Below the pieces are notes generated by a model. The model saw only the letters and a program-made list of their open reading frames with translations. It was not told where the DNA came from and made no database searches. The position numbers and the translations under genes are program-made. DNA of 42,344 nt from a virus. Lineage: Duplodnaviria; Caudoviricetes. The stretch is taken from IMG/VR virus record IMGVR_UViG_3300033417_000023, positions 1-42,344 of that record; one strand, given 5' to 3'. This document shows, piece after piece, positions 8,969 through 17,130 of this stretch. Within the stretch, counting starts at the first letter, position 1, and each line of letters starts with the position of its first letter.

Positions 8969-9367
8969 TCAGTCCGTGATCACGATTGAGAGCGTATGGA
9001 TGACAATGTCCTGATTGGCCACGATAGCGCGGCCCGCCATCTCGATCTCTTCGCCCGAGCCAATGTCCCCGATGGCGCACTCTATATGGACGGTTCCGGT
9101 GCGTGCCGCGATGGCGGCGATCGCCACGGTCCCAGAAAACGCTGCAAGCGCGTGGATGACCGCCAGCCCCGGAGCCGCGAGCGCGGCCACCCCTCCAGAG
9201 GCGACGGCCCACGTTGGCGGACCTGACCCGATACGTAGCGTGCGAACGGCAGCTGGCGCCGAAGTGAACAAGACGATCAATGGCGTAATGGCAGCACCTC
9301 CCGTGTCGAGAAATGCGCCGATCGCATCCGCCACCGCGTTCTTGGCGGCCGTGCTGATGGCCGCCAC
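8969..9367 (-). CDS. virion structural protein, paralog of 9493..9864
   Basis: N-terminus MAAISTAAKNA vs MATLSTAARSA; C-terminus AIVANQDIVIHTLSI vs AIVSGQTVNLTSLVL. Confidence 0.6.
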   Translation of the reverse strand: MAAISTAAKNAVADAIGAFLDTGGAAITPLIVLFTSAPAAVRTLRIGSGPPTWAVASGGVAALAAPGLAVIHALAAFSGTVAIAAIAARTGTVHIECAIGDIGSGEEIEMAGRAIVANQDIVIHTLSIVITD

Positions 9368-9370
9368 GGT

Positions 9371-9496
9371 TCAGGCCGCCTGCTTGGGTGGCTCCGGGGG
9401 CGGCTCCTGCTCGAGCTGTGCCGGCGGGGGAGGCGGCTTTGGCCCGGTCGTGACCTTGCCGCGCACCTCGACCTTGATGGGGATGTTGATCTTCAC
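9371..9496 (-). CDS. small Pro-rich protein (41 aa)
   Basis: GTG overlaps the upstream TGA and the ORF exactly fills the gap: MKINIPIKVEVRGKVTTGPKPPPPPAQ... Confidence 0.5.
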   Translation of the reverse strand: MKINIPIKVEVRGKVTTGPKPPPPPAQLEQEPPPEPPKQAA

Positions 9497-9864
9497 GACG
9501 TGCGCACCGTGAGCACCAGGCTCGTCAGGTTGACCGTTTGCCCAGAGACGATCGCCGCGTTGTCGATGTCGATGTCGGGGGTTCCCGTGTCGCTGATCGT
9601 GCCAGTGACGACGGGGTCTGTCCCGTCTCGCACCTCCCAGTTGTCCGCCTCGCCGGTGCCCGACGCCGTGGCGCTGGGGACCGGGGAAACGTCCGCCGTC
9701 AGGACGCCGTTTGACTCGGTGAACGAGGGGTTCGCAAGCGCGATGTCGACCAGCACAGCGGCTCCGCTCGTCAAGATCCGAAAGTCGGCCGCAGTGGCAG
9801 CGTCGATCTCTCCAAGAATCGCCACCGCGCAAGCGGAGCGAGCAGCCGTTGACAGGGTTGCCAT
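9493..9864 (-). CDS. virion structural protein (fibre-associated)
   Basis: 123 aa, beta-rich; TAATG coupling with the upstream gene. Confidence 0.65.
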   Translation of the reverse strand: MATLSTAARSACAVAILGEIDAATAADFRILTSGAAVLVDIALANPSFTESNGVLTADVSPVPSATASGTGEADNWEVRDGTDPVVTGTISDTGTPDIDIDNAAIVSGQTVNLTSLVLTVRTS

Positions 9865-10175
9865 TAGCCGACCCCGGACGCGATGTTGAGGACCGTTCTG
9901 CGCTGGCAGTACAGAAGCTGGACCCGTTGCGTCGACGTGCTCTTGGCCATCACTTTGATGGGTCCGTCAATATCGAGCGACAGCTCCTCTCCAGCGCTCA
10001 GTGTCCAACCGAACTCGGCGCCGTCGTTGTTGGCGAGTAGCACAGGCGGTCCATCCTCCAGCCGCAGCACGAGGCGACCGGGAGCGATGTCGTTCAAGCC
10101 CTGGTTTGCGTGGTCCACAACGACCTTCCACGAGCCTGGTGTAACCTGGGCGCTGCCGGTGAAGAATAGGGACAT
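9864..10175 (-). CDS. hypothetical virion protein
   Basis: 103 aa, beta-rich; coupled at both ends. Confidence 0.6.
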   Translation of the reverse strand: MSLFFTGSAQVTPGSWKVVVDHANQGLNDIAPGRLVLRLEDGPPVLLANNDGAEFGWTLSAGEELSLDIDGPIKVMAKSTSTQRVQLLYCQRRTVLNIASGVG

Positions 10176-10246
10176 CAGTAACCGCCCTTGGACTTCTTGC
10201 CGCCCTTCGGCGCGGGCTTCGGTTTCGGCTTTGGCTTGCTCTTCAT
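10175..10246 (-). CDS. 23-aa basic microprotein
   Basis: MKSKPKPKPKPAPKGGKKSKGGY; ATGA overlap upstream and TGATG overlap downstream. Confidence 0.6.
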   Translation of the reverse strand: MKSKPKPKPKPAPKGGKKSKGGY

Positions 10247-10800
10247 GACTTGCCTTTCTGTGGGGGTGCGAGTGGGGGAAGCTTCGCGTTGCTCATCGAC
10301 TCCACCGCGCGCTTGGTGACGGCGTAGTCGGCGACGCCGCCCGCTACGCGGTCGAGAGTCTTGCTGAGGTTGTCGACGGTATCGGTGTAGCGCTTCACCT
10401 CGCCGCGGTAGTTGGCGACGTTGGCGTTGGTGGCCTCGATGTGGCGGATCAGGTCCGGGCGCGCGTCGACCATGCGCTCGTAGACCTGCGCCGACTCCTT
10501 GGCAGTGGTGGCCGCGGCCGTGGCATCCTTGAGCAAGAGCACCATGTCGGACGTTGCCTTGCGCGAGACGTCCTGCAAGTCGGTGAAGATGCGCCGCATC
10601 GACTCGAGCTCGGCGGTCTGCTTGCGCAGCGTCTCGCTCTGCTGAGCTACCGCTAGGCGCAGCTTGTCGAGCTGCTTGTCGTAGCTCTGGCGCGTGGCAC
10701 TGAGCGCCGCCTCCTGCTCGAGCTGGAAGCGGGTGACCAGCGCCGCGACGTCCGGGCTGTCGTCGATGGGGATGATCTCCCCTGCCTTGGGTTTGCTCAT
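10243..10800 (-). CDS. coiled-coil protein
   Basis: 185 aa from ATG 10800 (4 nt after the upstream stop); long heptad-like helical sequence. Confidence 0.7.
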   Translation of the reverse strand: MSKPKAGEIIPIDDSPDVAALVTRFQLEQEAALSATRQSYDKQLDKLRLAVAQQSETLRKQTAELESMRRIFTDLQDVSRKATSDMVLLLKDATAAATTAKESAQVYERMVDARPDLIRHIEATNANVANYRGEVKRYTDTVDNLSKTLDRVAGGVADYAVTKRAVESMSNAKLPPLAPPQKGKS

Positions 10801-10804
10801 GGGG

Positions 10805-11350
10805 TTATGGCGCGATGAGCGCGAATACCTTGTCGAGGTACACGCGGCAAATCCAGTTGGCGGGAACACCCGTGTCGCCGTCGAACTGGATGATCACCTC
10901 ATCGGATGTCACCTTGAACGCCGGGCTCACCGCCTCGGGTGCGAGCGTGGAGATGATCTCAACGCCTTGCGCGGGGATGATCTCGCCGGATGTGTCCACG
11001 GTAATCGGGCCAGCGCCGTTGACCACGACCGGGGTCGACGCGCCGATGATGAGCGCGTGACGCTCGGAGTAGTAGACGATATTGGTCGCGCCACGCCCAA
11101 TCAGTACGGCCTTGGCTTTCCACACGAGGCCCGGGGTAATGAAGCTGACGCCAAACGCCTCGAGCGCTTCCGACAGATTGATGATGTCCGAGTCAGCGTC
11201 GGTGGTGGTCGTCTCCGCGGTGTTCTCCGCGTCGCCGAAGCGGAAGACGCGGGCCACAGAGTCCGCGTTCTGCGCCGAAAACTCCATGAAGGCCGGGACG
11301 AGGTCACCTTGCGACCCCGGAGCTACTTGCGTGCCGATTGTGAGTGTCAT
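10805..11350 (-). CDS. hypothetical virion protein
   Basis: 181 aa, beta-rich, in the late operon, GC3-rich codons. Confidence 0.7.
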   Translation of the reverse strand: MTLTIGTQVAPGSQGDLVPAFMEFSAQNADSVARVFRFGDAENTAETTTTDADSDIINLSEALEAFGVSFITPGLVWKAKAVLIGRGATNIVYYSERHALIIGASTPVVVNGAGPITVDTSGEIIPAQGVEIISTLAPEAVSPAFKVTSDEVIIQFDGDTGVPANWICRVYLDKVFALIAP

Positions 11351-11383
11351 TGATTCTGCTTTCTGGGCGCGTGCGCCCGGGGA

Positions 11384-11695
11384 TTATGGGTTCTTGGCAA
11401 CGGTACCGTCGTCAGACCAGCCCGCAACCACGGTGAGGGCTGCGTCGCTGATCGCGCCCACCGACGCAAAGTCGCCGTCCAGCTCGATATACGTCTCGAT
11501 GGGCACCGTGATCGTGAAGTCGGTTCCGTCGCCGCCGTCCAAGACGACCGTTTGGGCAGTGGTCTCATGGCTGTTCATGAGCAGCACCGTGCTGGCCCGC
11601 ATGCCGAGCGGCAGCCCCGTGATGGTCGCGAGGTTAGTCGATGCCGCGACGTTGCGACGGATGTTGATTCGCCCGCCTCCTGCTGCTTTGCTCAC
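11384..11695 (-). CDS. hypothetical virion protein
   Basis: 103 aa; GTGA overlap with the 1811-aa gene. Confidence 0.65.
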   Translation of the reverse strand: MSKAAGGGRINIRRNVAASTNLATITGLPLGMRASTVLLMNSHETTAQTVVLDGGDGTDFTITVPIETYIELDGDFASVGAISDAALTVVAGWSDDGTVAKNP

Positions 11696-14600
11696 ATGGA
11701 CCTTTCCGCCGCGATCGAGCCGAGGCGAGTTGCTAACCGGGTGGATGATGACCCACCACCCCCAGAATTTCCACCCCCCGTTTCCCGGGCGGCCTGGTCC
11801 GCCGCCGCCTGCTGGTCGATGGCGGCCAGGATATGCCCCGTCATTGCGGGGCTCTGCATGCCGTCCAGGGCCCCGTCAAAGGCCAGGGTGCGGTCGAGGT
11901 AGCTGAGGCGCTCCGGGTCGAGCCCGCCGCCGTCTTCGGCCATCCTGGTGACCACGCCAGCCACACCCACCCGGACCTCGTTCCACAGGGGCTGCCAGGT
12001 CGCCGCGAAGGCCTCGACTGCGGGCGGGGGGGCAGTGCCCCGCCCGATCGCTTTGATGGTCGCCCTGGGCTGCGTGGTGCCCCGCACGCGTGCGCTCCAG
12101 TCCAGCAGCTCATCGTGGGTCGGGGGCAGCCCATCCGGGCGGCTCATGCTCCGCGCCACGGGCTGTGGGCGCACGGACGACAGGTAGGCGACCATCTGCG
12201 CCGCCTGCTGCACCAGGGCCCCGTAGACGCTCGGGTGGGTCCGGGACAGCTCGCCCGTCGATGCCGCCACCCGCTCGATGAGCGCCCTCGGGTCGGCGAT
12301 CAGCTCGTCCAGGGTCTTGCCCAGCGCGAGCGCCGCTTCCGCCGTCAGGGGCACGTCCTCGCGCAGCTTGCTGTCCGAGCGGTTCGGGCGCCGGGTGCCG
12401 ACGAGCTCAGCCACCGCCGCGGCGATCTCAGCCCGCCCGCCTCGAGCGTTCTCGACCATCGCGCGGCTGTAGGCCACCTCTGGGGGCAGCGCGTCGGGGG
12501 GAGGGCGGGGCGGCTCCTCCGCGGCTTGCGCGTCGCCGCCGAACGAGAGGAAGAGCGCGGTGCTGAGGATCGGAATGATACCCTTGACCGCGATAATGCG
12601 CTGTTGCATTGCCTCCGCCTGGCGCTTGACGGCCTCCGGCGATAGCGATGGGTGATGCGCGCGGATGAAGCCCTCCGGGCCGCCCATGCCGTCGATGACC
12701 GCCACGGCCTCGTCAAAGCCCTGCTGCACGACTGAGCGGAGCTGCCCCTTGTTCGGCGCGTAGCTGGCCAACAGCTCGTGGGGAGCGACCGAGCCAACCT
12801 GCTTGAACATGTTTTTTGCGGTGTTGACGTTGCCTCGCCCCTTGCCCTGCGAGACGGTGCGCTGGATGGCCGCAGAGGTCTGCTCGTAGTCGTTGGCGAA
12901 TGGCGAGTTTGCGCCAGCCTCGCCAGCGTCGACCATCAGCGTGGTTTTGCCGTCCGTCATGACGTTGCGCGCGTTGAGTTGCACGTCCCAATTGCCGAGA
13001 ATGATGTCCTTCGGAACCGTGCGCGCGTAGCTGTCGCGCACCGACTGGGGCAGCGTGGACCAGTCCTCGACTGCGTTTAGCTCGCGCCACTCCGGGCCGA
13101 GCCACTCGCTCGCCATGGCCTTGATGCCTGGGGTGTCGCTGGGGGTAAACGGCTCCATGGATCCCCACTCGGGGCCGGGGGTGACCATCTCGTGCTTGAT
13201 GTTGGGCAGGTCAATCTCGACCCACTCGGGTGTTCCTACTCCGAGCGCGCGGTACATGCGCGCGTTGCCGACCTCGATCGCGTTGTGGATGGGGTCCGCG
13301 TCGGCCTTCACGTAGCGGATTTTCCCGTCTTTCCCGCGGAAGAAACCGCCCTCCGTCTTGCCGAGTCTTCCGCTTAGGCGCTCGCTCAGGATGCCGTCAT
13401 GTGCTACACTTCCCACATGGGGCGTAAAGACATCGTTGGTGATCGGCGGGAGTTTGCTCGGGAGCCCGCCGCGAGATGGGACGGGGCTTGGAGCTTGACG
13501 CCCGGTAAACGGGGCAAGGTCTTCCTTGGCTCCCCCGACCGCACGTTCAATGTCCACTGCCTGGCTCGGGAGTTTTTTGCTGGGCTGGAGCAAGGCCCGG
13601 GCACTGGCCGCGTCGGTGGGGATGACACCTCCGAGTGACGCCTCGGCAATGGGGATCTCGCCCTCGTAGATCGGCTTCTTGCCCGGCGCGCGCTTGCCAT
13701 TGAAAACCTGACCATAGACGGTCGCCCTCCCCTGCTCGCGAGCGACCATGAGCCGGTGGCGTCCGTCACGGAGCAGCGGGCCCTTCGGGCCCATCTCGAT
13801 CTGTATGCCCTGCTCGACCTGCCCGGCCTGGTCAACGCGACCAGTCGCCCCGAAGTCGCGCGCGAAGTCGCCCCGCCCGCCCTTGCCCGTGCGCAGCGCC
13901 TCGAGCGTCTCCGGCTTGAACGAGCCCGGGTCGTCGAGCGCGCCGAGGTCCCGCAGGCTCTTGCCGGTCAGGTCGACGGGTGACTGCTTGCCAGCTGCTT
14001 TAGCCGCAGCCTTGCGCCCGCCCCTGCCCGCCAGCAGCGCAAGAGCTCCAGCGCTTGCCCCCATGGCGCCGCTCTCGTCGCCGGGTGCCAGGGCTGCCCC
14101 GAGCCCGAGTAGCCCGGACAGCACGAACCCCACTGGGGCGGCGCCCTTGGGGGCGGCTCGTAGCGTGACCTCGATGTGGCCGAACAACTTGCTTTCACTG
14201 CGCGCCACGTCCACGACCTCGAACGTCGCGCCCGGGGGCAAAAGCGCCTCCCGCTCGGACGACCCATATTGCTTCGAAAACCCTGCCGCCGAGAGTGGGG
14301 ATGCACGCTCGACCTTCTCGAACTTGAGCACCACGGGAACGTGCCCCATCTCACGCGCGCGTGCCGTGTCCGCGAACATGTCCTTTGCGTAGAACGCATC
14401 GAACGACGTGCTGGTAAGCTCGCCCGTCTCGACCGTCTGGGCGTTGACGAGGCGGGTCGCGTCTTCGGGCCTGAGGCTGAGACCGCGCCAGAGCGGACCC
14501 ACGGACTCGGTCAGACCCGAGCGCATCAGCTTCTCGGTGGCGCTCTCGAACGCCTCTAGCGAGTCGGCAAACCGCTCCTTGCCGGGTATGGGCGTGCCCT

Positions 14601-17127
14601 GCTGCAGCGCCCGGAACGCGGCGGCGCCACCGCCCTCGATATAGTCGAGGAGCGCCAGCTGCTCGTCGGGCTGCAAAGCCTTGATGTCTGCGCCGGTCTT
14701 GCGCGCTAGCGAGATGAGCGCCTTGCTGTTCGTGGGGATGGTGTCGAGACCACCGTGCGTGACCTTGCTAAAGCCTGCCTTGCGATCGACACGCGCCATG
14801 GCCAGCTCTGTGGCTGCGTCGTCGATCGCGGGCTTTACTTTGGGCGTGTCGATGCTGGCTTGGTATTCGTAGCGCGCGGTCCCTTGCGCGTAGCCCTTGT
14901 CGTTGATCGCGAAGGGGCGCCCGTCCGCCGTAACCCCGAGCCGGCTGGCATCGAACTCGCGTTCCATGCGGCCATTGCGCACCGGCACCTTGGCGTCGCG
15001 TAGCAACGTGTAGAGGTGCTCCTTGCCAGTCTCGCTCAGCTCCTTGGATATCTCGCGCTCAGTCTTGTAGCCCGACAGGCGACGCGCCACCTTGCGTCCG
15101 CCTCTGCCCGCCAGCAAAGCCAACGCGCCCGCGCTAGCTCCCATGGCGCCGCTCTCATCGTCTGGCGCCGCCGCTGCCCCAGCGAACAACGCGCCTGCTG
15201 CCACCTTGCCGCCGTGCTCACGGAGCGCGTTCTGCATCCACTCGGAGTAGTTCCGGCTGATGCTGGCCTCCGCCAAGTCGGGGTGCTTGGCGTAGCGACT
15301 GAGCCCGCGATCCCACACATCGGCGAGCCGCGTGCCGGCGGTGAGGCGCGTGCCTTCGGCGATGCGCCCCAGGTTGCGCGCCGCGCTGACTGCCCCGCCA
15401 ACGACGGGCGCCTGCGAGCCGATGTCGGCAATGAGGTTGGCCCACTTCTGCGGGTCGCGCCGCGCGTGCGCTGCTTTGTTCTTCGCGACACCGATCGTGC
15501 TCGCGAGGTTCCAATCCTCTTTGAGCGAGCGAATGTCGCCCGCCAGGTTGTCGAGGTTGTCCATGCGCGACAAGCCCCAGCGCTGGCGCGCCTCGACCAT
15601 GTTGGTCAAGCCGTCGTAGGCCTTGGCCAGGTGGCGCTGGAGCTCGACGTTCAGGCGCGGGTCTTCGCTCAGCGCCGACAGCGCCTTGCGCGTGGTGCCC
15701 TCCTTGACGATGCGCCCAGCGCCCGCGTGGTTGTAAAGCGTCTCGCCGGTCTTATCGAGGAACGTCTCCTCGACCTTGCGCCAGCTCTTGAGCAGCTGCG
15801 TCCAGCCCGCGTTCAGCTCCTTGTTGAGATGCGCGTTCCGCCCGAACTTGACCGGGTCCATGAGGCCCGTGCGGATGTCCTCCTGCAGCGGCTCAATCAG
15901 ATCCTTGAGCGCGGCGCGCGTGGGGTTGTCGATGCCGAACGAGGCGTCGATCTTGACCACCTGCTTTTGCAGGTCACGCTTGAAGTTGTCCGCCAGGTAG
16001 TTGCGGCGTGCGCTGTTGGGCGAGTTGGCGATCTGCCGCGTGTAGTCGTCGATGGTCTTGAGCGCGACCTTGCCCGCGTTGCCGTAGTCGATCGCGTCGA
16101 TGTCGCCCTTGGGCTTGCGGCGCAGCTCTTCGGCGACGCGCGCGCCCTTCTCTTCGAGGTCCACGAACCACTTCGCCTGAAGCGTCTCGGTGCCCGCGTC
16201 CCACTCCTTGGCGCCTTTCTCGAAGTCCTGGTATTTGACTGCGTTGCCCAAGTCCTCGTCGAGGCCGCGATAGAGGCGCGTGAAGCTGTCCGCGCTGTGG
16301 GTCGAGATGAGCTTGTAGTAGTCGTCCGAATCGCGATCGAGAATGACCGCGTCCCGGTCGCTCATCTCCTTGATGGCGGGCTCAAAAGCGTCGTCGAGGT
16401 CGCTGGCGCGCGCCGCGCCCACGCTGCCCGGGCGCTCGCCGATGGGGCCCGCCTTCTTGCGAAGCACCTCGTTCGCCTCGCTGACGATGTTGCGCGAGCC
16501 GCCCCCGAAGATGCTCGACAGCCCCTTTCCCACCCCGCGAAACAGCACGTCACCCAGGGCAAACATGCCCGTGTAGGTCGCGACGTTCTTGAGCTCGGCG
16601 GGTCGCTCCTCCAGCCACGCATTCTCGCCCTCCTGCGCCACGGCCTCGATGGCCGCCTCCGTGCCGATGGCCGCCGCGGTGCCCGCCAGCCCCGCGCCGA
16701 CCGCGCCAGCCGCAAGCGCTCCGCCCGCCAGCGCCACGGGGGTAGCCGTTGCGAGCTGGCCCGCCATGGCGCTGAACGGGTGAGCCTCCGCTCGCAGCCG
16801 CGCCTCGTCGCCGAAAGCATCCGGGAAGGCCTGCTCGGCAGAGCTCGTGCCCTCCCCCTCGAGCCCGGCGGGAACGGGCGCGCTAAGGCCAGTCGCGTCG
16901 CCGATGAGCCCCGCGGCGCGGCCCACCATGCGCTGCCCGCTCTCGAGCGCCGCTCGCCCGGAGAAGCCGCCCTCGTCAGCCGCCTTGACCGCCTCAGCCT
17001 GGTCGTGCTGGTCGAGGTCGCGTTGCGTCGCGGGCGCATAGCCCTGGCGCTGCAGCTCGGTCAGGTCTTCGGGGTGCGCGACGTCCGCCTCGACGAGGCG
17101 CCCCATCGAATCGACGAAGTAGGCCAC
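11692..17127 (-). CDS. large ejection/internal virion protein with ADP-ribosyltransferase, ParB-like and HipA/PI3K-like kinase domains (polyvalent protein)
   Basis: Third and largest gene after the nozzle, with Gly/Ala hydrophobic segments. ART R-S-E motifs LWRG / TSTS / EREALL; ParB-type LRDGRHRL; kinase motifs GGFF...YVK...E...GNWDV...N...VDAG. Confidence 0.8.
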   Translation of the reverse strand: MAYFVDSMGRLVEADVAHPEDLTELQRQGYAPATQRDLDQHDQAEAVKAADEGGFSGRAALESGQRMVGRAAGLIGDATGLSAPVPAGLEGEGTSSAEQAFPDAFGDEARLRAEAHPFSAMAGQLATATPVALAGGALAAGAVGAGLAGTAAAIGTEAAIEAVAQEGENAWLEERPAELKNVATYTGMFALGDVLFRGVGKGLSSIFGGGSRNIVSEANEVLRKKAGPIGERPGSVGAARASDLDDAFEPAIKEMSDRDAVILDRDSDDYYKLISTHSADSFTRLYRGLDEDLGNAVKYQDFEKGAKEWDAGTETLQAKWFVDLEEKGARVAEELRRKPKGDIDAIDYGNAGKVALKTIDDYTRQIANSPNSARRNYLADNFKRDLQKQVVKIDASFGIDNPTRAALKDLIEPLQEDIRTGLMDPVKFGRNAHLNKELNAGWTQLLKSWRKVEETFLDKTGETLYNHAGAGRIVKEGTTRKALSALSEDPRLNVELQRHLAKAYDGLTNMVEARQRWGLSRMDNLDNLAGDIRSLKEDWNLASTIGVAKNKAAHARRDPQKWANLIADIGSQAPVVGGAVSAARNLGRIAEGTRLTAGTRLADVWDRGLSRYAKHPDLAEASISRNYSEWMQNALREHGGKVAAGALFAGAAAAPDDESGAMGASAGALALLAGRGGRKVARRLSGYKTEREISKELSETGKEHLYTLLRDAKVPVRNGRMEREFDASRLGVTADGRPFAINDKGYAQGTARYEYQASIDTPKVKPAIDDAATELAMARVDRKAGFSKVTHGGLDTIPTNSKALISLARKTGADIKALQPDEQLALLDYIEGGGAAAFRALQQGTPIPGKERFADSLEAFESATEKLMRSGLTESVGPLWRGLSLRPEDATRLVNAQTVETGELTSTSFDAFYAKDMFADTARAREMGHVPVVLKFEKVERASPLSAAGFSKQYGSSEREALLPPGATFEVVDVARSESKLFGHIEVTLRAAPKGAAPVGFVLSGLLGLGAALAPGDESGAMGASAGALALLAGRGGRKAAAKAAGKQSPVDLTGKSLRDLGALDDPGSFKPETLEALRTGKGGRGDFARDFGATGRVDQAGQVEQGIQIEMGPKGPLLRDGRHRLMVAREQGRATVYGQVFNGKRAPGKKPIYEGEIPIAEASLGGVIPTDAASARALLQPSKKLPSQAVDIERAVGGAKEDLAPFTGRQAPSPVPSRGGLPSKLPPITNDVFTPHVGSVAHDGILSERLSGRLGKTEGGFFRGKDGKIRYVKADADPIHNAIEVGNARMYRALGVGTPEWVEIDLPNIKHEMVTPGPEWGSMEPFTPSDTPGIKAMASEWLGPEWRELNAVEDWSTLPQSVRDSYARTVPKDIILGNWDVQLNARNVMTDGKTTLMVDAGEAGANSPFANDYEQTSAAIQRTVSQGKGRGNVNTAKNMFKQVGSVAPHELLASYAPNKGQLRSVVQQGFDEAVAVIDGMGGPEGFIRAHHPSLSPEAVKRQAEAMQQRIIAVKGIIPILSTALFLSFGGDAQAAEEPPRPPPDALPPEVAYSRAMVENARGGRAEIAAAVAELVGTRRPNRSDSKLREDVPLTAEAALALGKTLDELIADPRALIERVAASTGELSRTHPSVYGALVQQAAQMVAYLSSVRPQPVARSMSRPDGLPPTHDELLDWSARVRGTTQPRATIKAIGRGTAPPPAVEAFAATWQPLWNEVRVGVAGVVTRMAEDGGGLDPERLSYLDRTLAFDGALDGMQSPAMTGHILAAIDQQAAADQAARETGGGNSGGGGSSSTRLATRLGSIAAERSM
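14011..14079 (-). repeat. linker repeat copy 2 (DESGAMGASAGALALLAGRGGRK)
   Basis: Amino-acid identical to 15091..15159 and exactly 1080 bp away. Confidence 0.95.
15091..15159 (-). repeat. linker repeat copy 1 (DESGAMGASAGALALLAGRGGRK)
   Basis: 12 of 69 nt differ from copy 2, all synonymous. Confidence 0.95.
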
Positions 17128-17130
17128 GGG

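Noticed and set aside
13640-13990. ParABS partition system
   Set aside because: The ParB-like domain is embedded in a virion protein, with no HTH and no ParA gene seen.
14011-15159. Diversity-generating retroelement TR/VR pair, or intein boundaries
   Set aside because: Differences are synonymous rather than adenine-specific, no reverse transcriptase is present, and no intein C/S...HN termini were seen.
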